Positions 27,001-36,000 of a DNA stretch of 59,108 nt are shown piece after piece. A program made the position numbers and the translations under genes. Position 1 is the stretch's first letter. The number at the start of each line of letters is the position of its first letter. The stretch comes from Macrostomum lignano (taxonomy: Eukaryota): assembly GCA_002269645.1 (NCBI GenBank), contig NIVC01002625.1, positions 1-59,108 on the forward strand, written 5' to 3'. The notes beneath the pieces are model-generated. The model was not told the DNA's origin, made no database searches, and saw only the letters and a program-made list of their open reading frames with translations.

Positions 27001-30000
27001 GAGGCAGATCCTCTTCGATCTCGCTGGCCTCGCGATCTTCTAATACTTTGTCATCGTCGAACAGGTCTATCTGGTGTCGCACGTCCTCGTCTACCAGTAC
27101 TTCTTCGTCGGCCTGAACAATCTCGTCGACCTTGAATTGATCGTCTTCGAATCGGCGCTCCGCTCTTGCAATGTCGCGGCGAGCGCGCTCATCGCGACGT
27201 CGTCGTTCGCGGCGACGGTGGCTCACGAGCTCTTCTGACGCGCGGCTTCTCGCTCTTCGCTCGCTCTGGCGCCTTCAACTCGTCTTCTTTGCGCATTGGA
27301 GGCAGATCCTCTTCGATCTCGCTGGCCTCGCGATCTTCTAATACTTTGTCGTCGAACAGGTCTATCTGGTGTCGCACGTCCTCGTCTACCAGTACTTCTT
27401 CGTCGGCCTGAACAATCTCGTCGACCTTGAATTGATCGTCTTCGAATCGGCGCTCCGCTCTTGCAATGTCGCGGCGAGCGCGCTCATCGCGACGTCGTCG
27501 TTCGCGGCGACGGTGGCTCACGAGCTCTTCTGACGCGCGGCTTCTCGCTCTCGCTCCCGCTCTGGCGCCTTCAACTCGTCTTCTTTGCGCATTGGAGGCA
27601 GATCCTCTTCGATCTCGCTGGCCTCGCGATCTTCTAATACTTTGTCGTCGAACAGGTCTATCTGGTGTCGCACGTCCTCGTCTACCAGTACTTCTTCGTC
27701 GGCCTGAACAATCTCGTCGACCTTGAATTGATCGTCTTCGAATCGGCGCTCCGCTCTTGCAATGTCGCGGCGAGCGCGCTCATCGCGACGTCGTCGTTCG
27801 CGGCGACGGTGGCTCACGAGCTCTTCTGACGCGCGGCTTCTCGCTCTCGCTCGCTCTGGCGCCTTCAACTCGTCTTCTTTGCGCATTGGAGGCAGATCCT
27901 CTTCGATCTCGCTGGCCTCGCGATCTTCTAATACTTTGTCGTCGAACAGGTCTATCTGGTGTCGCACGTCCTCGTCTACCAGTACTTCTTCGTCGGCCTG
28001 AACAATCTCGTCGACCTTGAATTGATCGTCTTCGAATCGGCGCTCCGCTCTTGCAATGTCGCGGCGAGCGCGCTCATCGCGACGTCGTCGTTCGCGGCGA
28101 CGGTGGCTCACGAGCTCTTCTGACGCGCGGCTTCTCGCTCTCGCTCGCTCTGGCGCCTTCAACTCGTCTTCTTTGCGCATTGGAGGCAGCTCCTCTTCGA
28201 TCTCGCTGGCCTCGCGATCTTCTAATACTTTGTCGTCGAACAGGTCTATCTGGTGTCGCACGTCCTCGTCTACCAGTACTTCTTCGTCGGCCTGAACAAT
28301 CTCGTCGACCTTGAATTGATCGTCTTCGAATCGGCGCTCCGCTCTTGCAATGTCGCGGCGAGCGCGCTCATCGCGACGTCGTCGTTCGCGGCGACGGTGG
28401 CTCACGAGCTCTTCTGACGCGCGGCTTCTCGCTCTCGCTCTGCTCTGGCGCCTTCAACTCGTCTTCTTTGCGCATTGGAGGCAGATCCTCTTCGATCTCG
28501 CTGGCCTCGCGATCTTCTAATACTTTGTCGTCGAACAGGTCTATCTGGTGTCGCACGTCCTCGTCTACCAGTACTTCTTCGTCGGCCTGAACAATCTCGT
28601 CGACCTTGAATTGATCGTCTTCGAATCGGCGCTCCGCTCTTGCAATGTCGCGGCGAGCGCGCTCATCGCGACGTCGTCGTTCGCGGCGACGGTGGCTCAC
28701 GAGCTCTTCTGACGCGCGGCTTCTCGCTTCGCTCGCTCTGGCGCCTTCAACTCGTCTTCTTTGCGCATTGGAGGCAGATCCTCTTCGATCTCGCTGGCCT
28801 CGCGATCTTCTAATACTTTGTCGTCGAACAGGTCTATCTGGTGTCGCACGTCCTCGTCTACCAGTACTTCTTCGTCGGCCTGAACAATCTCGTCGACCTT
28901 GAATTGATCGTCTTCGAATCGGCGCTCCGCTCTTGCAATGTCGCGGCGAGCGCGCTCATCGCGACGTCGTCGTTCGCGGCGACGGTGGCTCACGAGCTCT
29001 TCTGACGCGCGGCTTCTCGCTCTCGCTCGCTCTGGCGCCTTCAACTCGTCTTCTTTGCGCATTGGAGGCAGCTCCTCTTCGATCTCGCTGGCCTCGCGAT
29101 CTTCTAATACTTTGTCGTCGAACAGGTCTATCTGGTGTCGCACGTCCTCGTCTACCAGTACTTCTTCGTCGGCCTGAACAATCTCGTCGACCTTGAATTG
29201 ATCGTCTTCGAATCGGCGCTCCGCTCTTGCAATGTCGCGGCGAGCGCGCTCATCGCGACGTCGTCGTTCGCGGCGACGGTGGCTCACGAGCTCTTCTGGA
29301 CGCGCGGCTTCTCGCTCTTCTGGCGCCTTCAACTCGTCTTCTTTGCGCATTGGAGGCAGTCCTCTTGATCTCGCTGGCCTCGCGATCTTCTAATACTTTG
29401 CGTCGTCGAACAGGTCTATCTGGTGTCGCACGTCCTCGTCTACCAGTACTTCTTCGTCGGCCTGAACAATCTCGTCGACCTTGAATTGATCGTCTTCGAA
29501 TCGGCGCTCCGCTCTTGCAATGTCGCGGCGAGCGCGCTCATCGCGACGTCGTCGTTCGCGGCGACGGTGGCTCACGAGCTCTTCTGGACGCGCGGCTTCT
29601 CGCTCTCGCTCGCTCTGGCGCCTTCAACTCGTCTTCTTTGCGCATTGGAGGCAGATCCTCTTCGATCTCGCTGGCCTCGCGATCTTCTAATACTTTGTCG
29701 TCGAACAGGTCTATCTGGTGTCGCACGTCCTCGTCTACCAGTACTTCTTCGTCGGCCTGAACAATCTCGTCGACCTTGAATTGATCGTCTTCGAATCGGC
29801 GCTCCGCTCTTGCAATGTCGCGGCGAGCGCGCTCATCGCGACGTCGTCGTTCGCGGCGACGGTGGCTCACGAGCTCTTCTGGACGCGCGGCTTCTCGCTC
29901 TTCTGGCGCCTTCAACTCGTCTTCTTTGCGCATTGGAGGCAGTTCCTCTTCGATCTCGCTGGCCTCGCGATCTTCTAATACTTTGTCGTCGAACAGGTCT

Positions 30001-33000
30001 ATCTGGTGTCGCACGTCCTCGTCTACCAGTACTTCTTCGTCGGCCTGAACAATCTCGTCGACCTTGAATTGATCGTCTTCGAATCGGCGCTCCGCTCTTG
30101 CAATGTCGCGGCGAGCGCGCTCATCGCGACGTCGTCGTTCGCGGCGACGGTGGCTCACGAGCTCTTCTGACGCGCGGCTTCTAGCTTCGCTCGCTCTGGC
30201 GCCTTCAACTCGTCTTCTTTGCGCATTGGAGGCAGCTCCTCTTCGATCTCGCTGGCCTCGCGATCTTCTAATACTTTGTCGTCGAACAGGTCTATCTGGT
30301 GTCGCACGTCCTCGTCTACCAGTACTTCTTCGTCGGCCTGAACAATCTCGTCGACCTTGAATTGATCGTCTTCGAATCGGCGCTCCGCTCTTGCAATGTC
30401 GCGGCGAGCGCGCTCATCGCGACGTCGTCGTTCGCGGCGACGGTGGCTCACGAGCTCTTCTGGACGCGCGGCTTCTAGCTTTCGCTCTGGCTCTGGCGCC
30501 TTCAACTCGTCTTCTTTGCGCATTGGAGGCAGATCCTCTTCGATCTCGCTGGCCTCGCGATCTTCTAATACTTTGTCGTCGAACAGGTCTATCTGGTGTC
30601 GCACGTCCTCGTCTACCAGTACTTCTTCGTCGGCCTGAACAATCTCGTCGACCTTGAATTGATCGTCTTCGAATCGGCGCTCCGCTCTTGCAATGTCGCG
30701 GCGAGCGCGCTCATCGCGACGTCGTCGTTCGCGGCGACGGTGGCTCACGAGCTCTTCTGGACGCGCGGCTTCTAGCTTTCGCTCTGGCTCTGGCGCCTTC
30801 AACTCGTCTTCTTTGCGCATTGGAGGCAGATCCTCTTCGATCTCGCTGGCCTCGCGATCTTCTAATACTTTGTCGTCGAACAGGTCTATCTGGTGTCGCA
30901 CGTCCTCGTCTACCAGTACTTCTTCGTCGGCCTGAACAATCTCGTCGACCTTGAATTGATCGTCTTCGAATCGGCGCTCCGCTCTTGCAATGTCGCGGCG
31001 AGCGCGCTCATCGCGACGTCGTCGTTCGCGGCGACGGTGGCTCACGAGCTCTTCTGGAGACGCGGCTTCTCGCTCTTCTGGCGCCTTCAACGTCTTCTTT
31101 GATGAATTAGTTCTTTCGATCTCGCTGGCCTCGCGCTTCTAATACTTTGTCATCGATCAAATCTATTGGTGTCGCACGTCCTCGTCTACCAGTACTTCTT
31201 CGTCGGCCTGAACAATCTCGTCGACCTTGAATTGATCGTCTTCGAATCGGCGCTCCGCTCTTGCAATGTCGCGGCGAGCGCGCTCATCGCGACGTCGTCG
31301 TTCGCGGCGACGGTGGCTCACGAGCTCTTCTGGAGCTCGGCTTCTCGCTCTTTCGCTCTCTTAACTTTTCTTTGATGATTAGTTCTTTCGATCTCGCTGG
31401 CCTCGCGCTTCTAAACTTGTCATCGATCAAATCTATCTGGTGTCGCACGTCCTCGTCTACCAGTACTTCTTCGTCGGCCTGAACAATCTCGTCGACCTTG
31501 AATTGATCGTCTTCGAATCGGCGCTCCGCTCTTGCAATGTCGCGGCGAGCGCGCTCATCGCGACGTCGTCGTTCGCGGCGACGGTGGCTCACGAGCTCTT
31601 CTGGACGCGCGGCTTCTCGCTCTCGCTCGCTCTGGCGCCTTCAACTCGTCTTCTTTGCGCATTGGAGGCAGATCCTCTTCGATCTCGCTGGCCTCGCGAT
31701 CTTCTAATACTTTGTCGTCGAACAGGTCTATCTGGTGTCGCACGTCCTCGTCTACCAGTACTTCTTCGTCGGCCTGAACAATCTCGTCGACCTTGAATTG
31801 ATCGTCTTCGAATCGGCGCTCCGCTCTTGCAATGTCGCGGCGAGCGCGCTCATCGCGACGTCGTCGTTCGCGGCGACGGTGGCTCACGAGCTCTTCTGGA
31901 GACTCGGCTTCTCGCTCTTTCGCCTTCAACTCGTCTTCTTTGATTGAAGTTCTTTCGATCTCGCTGGCCTCGCGCTTCTAATACTTTGTCATCGATCAAC
32001 ATCATTGGTGTCGCACGTCCTCGTCTACCAGTACTTCTTCGTCGGCCTGAACAATCTCGTCGACCTTGAATTGATCGTCTTCGAATCGGCGCTCCGCTCT
32101 TGCAATGTCGCGGCGAGCGCGCTCATCGCGACGTCGTCGTTCGCGGCGACGGTGGCTCACGAGCTCTTCTGGAGACGCGGATTCTCGCTCTTTCGCCTTA
32201 ACTTTTCTTTGATGATAAAAATTAGTTCTTTTCGATCTCGCTGGCCTCGCGCTTCTAAACTTGTCATCGATCAAATCTATCTGGTGTCGCACGTCCTCGT
32301 CTACCAGTACTTCTTCGTCGGCCTGAACAATCTCGTCGACCTTGAATTGATCGTCTTCGAATCGGCGCTCCGCTCTTGCAATGTCGCGGCGAGCGCGCTC
32401 ATCGCGACGTCGTCGTTCGCGGCGACGGTGGCTCACGAGCTCTTCTGGAGACTCGGATTCTCGCTCTTTCGCTCTTCAACTTTTCTTTGATGATTAGTTC
32501 TTTCGATCTCGCTGGCCTCGCGCTTCTACTGTCATCGATCAAATCTATCTGGTGTCGCACGTCCTCGTCTACCAGTACTTCTTCGTCGGCCTGAACAATC
32601 TCGTCGACCTTGAATTGATCGTCTTCGAATCGGCGCTCCGCTCTTGCAATGTCGCGGCGAGCGCGCTCATCGCGACGTCGTCGTTCGCGGCGACGGTGGC
32701 TCACGAGCTCTTCTGGACGCGCGGCTTCTAGCTTTCGCTCTGGCTCTGGCGCCTTCAACTCGTCTTCTTTGCGCATTGGAGGCAGATCCTCTTCGATCTC
32801 GCTGGCCTCGCGATCTTCTAATACTTTGTCGTCGAACAGGTCTATCTGGTGTCGCACGTCCTCGTCTACCAGTACTTCTTCGTCGGCCTGAACAATCTCG
32901 TCGACCTTGAATTGATCGTCTTCGAATCGGCGCTCCGCTCTTGCAATGTCGCGGCGAGCGCGCTCATCGCGACGTCGTCGTTCGCGGCGACGGTGGCTCA

Positions 33001-36000
33001 CGAGCTCTTCTGGAGACTCGGATTCTCGCTCTCGCTCGCTCTTAACTTTTCTTTGATGATAAAAATTAGTTCTTTCGATCTCGCTGGCCTCGCGCGCTTC
33101 TAACTCTGTCGTCAACATCATTGGTGTCGCACGTCCTCGTCTACCAGTACTTCTTCGTCGGCCTGAACAATCTCGTCGACCTTGAATTGATCGTCTTCGA
33201 ATCGGCGCTCCGCTCTTGCAATGTCGCGGCGAGCGCGCTCATCGCGACGTCGTCGTTCGCGGCGACGGTGGCTCACGAGCTCTTCTGGAGACTCGGATCT
33301 CGCTCTTTCGCTCTTAACTTTTCTTTGATGATAAAAATTAGTTCTTTTGATCTCGCTGGCCTCGCGCGCTTCTAACTCTGCATCATCGATCAAATCTAGT
33401 TGGTGTCGCACGTCCTCGTCTACCAGTACTTCTTCGTCGGCCTGAACAATCTCGTCGACCTTGAATTGATCGTCTTCGAATCGGCGCTCCGCTCTTGCAA
33501 TGTCGCGGCGAGCGCGCTCATCGCGACGTCGTCGTTCGCGGCGACGGTGGCTCACGAGCTCTTCTGGACGCGCGGCTTCTAGCTTCGCTCTGGCTCTGGC
33601 GCCTTCAACTCGTCTTCTTTGCGCATTGGAGGCAGCTCCTCTTCGATCTCGCTGGCCTCGCGATCTTCTAATACTTTGTCGTCGAACAGGTCTATCTGGT
33701 GTCGCACGTCCTCGTCTACCAGTACTTCTTCGTCGGCCTGAACAATCTCGTCGACCTTGAATTGATCGTCTTCGAATCGGCGCTCCGCTCTTGCAATGTC
33801 GCGGCGAGCGCGCTCATCGCGACGTCGTCGTTCGCGGCGACGGTGGCTCACGAGCTCTTCTGGACGCGCGGCTTCTAGCTTTCGCTCTGGCTCTGGCGCC
33901 TTCAACTCGTCTTCTTTGCATTGGAGGCAGCTCTTCGATCTCGCTGGCCTCGCGATCTTCTAATACTTTGTCGTCGAACAGGTCTATCTGGTGTCGCACG
34001 TCCTCGTCTACCAGTACTTCTTCGTCGGCCTGAACAATCTCGTCGACCTTGAATTGATCGTCTTCGAATCGGCGCTCCGCTCTTGCAATGTCGCGGCGAG
34101 CGCGCTCATCGCGACGTCGTCGTTCGCGGCGACGGTGGCTCACGAGCTCTTCTGGAGACTCGGAATCTCGCTCTTTCGCTCTTAACTTTTCTTTGATGAT
34201 AAAAATTAGTTCTTTTTGGATCTCGCTGGCCTCGCGCGCTTCTAACTCTGCGTCATCGATCAAATCCAGTTGGTGTCGCACGTCCTCGTCTACCAGTACT
34301 TCTTCGTCGGCCTGAACAATCTCGTCGACCTTGAATTGATCGTCTTCGAATCGGCGCTCCGCTCTTGCAATGTCGCGGCGAGCGCGCTCATCGCGACGTC
34401 GTCGTTCGCGGCGACGGTGGCTCACGAGCTCTTCTGGAGACTCGGATTCTCGCTCTTTCGCTTTTAACTTTTCTTTGATGATAAAAATTAGTTCTTTTTG
34501 GATCTCGCTGGCCTCGCGCGCTTCTAACTCTGCGTCATCGATCAAATCTAGTTGGTGTCGCACGTCCTCGTCTACCAGTACTTCTTCGTCGGCCTGAACA
34601 ATCTCGTCGACCTTGAATTGATCGTCTTCGAATCGGCGCTCCGCTCTTGCAATGTCGCGGCGAGCGCGCTCATCGCGACGTCGTCGTTCGCGGCGACGGT
34701 GGCTCACGAGCTCTTCTGGAGACGCGGATTCTCGCTCTTTCTGGCGCCTTCAACTTCTTCTTTGATTGGAGGCAGTTCTTTCGATCTCGCTGGCCTCGCG
34801 ATCTTCTAATACTTTGCGTCATCGATCAAATCTGGTGTCGCACGTCCTCGTCTACCAGTACTTCTTCGTCGGCCTGAACAATCTCGTCGACCTTGAATTG
34901 ATCGTCTTCGAATCGGCGCTCCGCTCTTGCAATGTCGCGGCGAGCGCGCTCATCGCGACGTCGTCGTTCGCGGCGACGGTGGCTCACGAGCTCTTCTGGA
35001 CGCGCGGATCTCGCTCTTTCGCCTTCAACTTTTCTTTGATTAGTTCTTTCGATCTCGCTGGCCTCGCGATCTTCTAATACTTTGTCGTCGAACAGGTCTA
35101 TCTGGTGTCGCACGTCCTCGTCTACCAGTACTTCTTCGTCGGCCTGAACAATCTCGTCGACCTTGAATTGATCGTCTTCGAATCGGCGCTCCGCTCTTGC
35201 AATGTCGCGGCGAGCGCGCTCATCGCGACGTCGTCGTTCGCGGCGACGGTGGCTCACGAGCTCTTCTGGAGCGCGGCTTCTCGCTCTCGCTCTTCTGGCG
35301 CCTTCAACTCGTCTTCTTTGCGCATTGGAGGCAGTTCTTCGATCTCGCTGGCCTCGCGATCTTCTAATACTTTGTCGTCGAACAGGTCTATCTGGTGTCG
35401 CACGTCCTCGTCTACCAGTACTTCTTCGTCGGCCTGAACAATCTCGTCGACCTTGAATTGATCGTCTTCGAATCGGCGCTCCGCTCTTGCAATGTCGCGG
35501 CGAGCGCGCTCATCGCGACGTCGTCGTTCGCGGCGACGGTGGCTCACGAGCTCTTCTGGAGACTCGGATTCTCGCTCTTTCGCTTTTAACTTTTCTTTGA
35601 TGATAAAAATTAGTTCTTTTTGGATCTCGCTGGCCTCGCGCGCTTCTAACTCTGCGTCATCGATCAAATCCAGTTGGTGTCGCACGTCCTCGTCTACCAG
35701 TACTTCTTCGTCGGCCTGAACAATCTCGTCGACCTTGAATTGATCGTCTTCGAATCGGCGCTCCGCTCTTGCAATGTCGCGGCGAGCGCGCTCATCGCGA
35801 CGTCGTCGTTCGCGGCGACGGTGGCTCACGAGCTCTTCTGGACGCGCGGCTTCTCGCTTTCGCTCTGGCTCTGGCGCCTTCAACTCGTCTTCTTTGCGCA
35901 TTGGAGGCAGCTCCTCTTCGATCTCGCTGGCCTCGCGATCTTCTAATACTTTGTCGTCGAACAGGTCTATCTGGTGTCGCACGTCCTCGTCTACCAGTAC

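Noticed and set aside
2080-30200. Programmed frameshifting, phase variation or a pseudogene to explain recurrent 1-bp deletions
   Set aside because: No slippery heptamer or long homopolymer is present. The deletions coincide with positions where alleles differ, which fits consensus blending better. Kept open pending raw reads.
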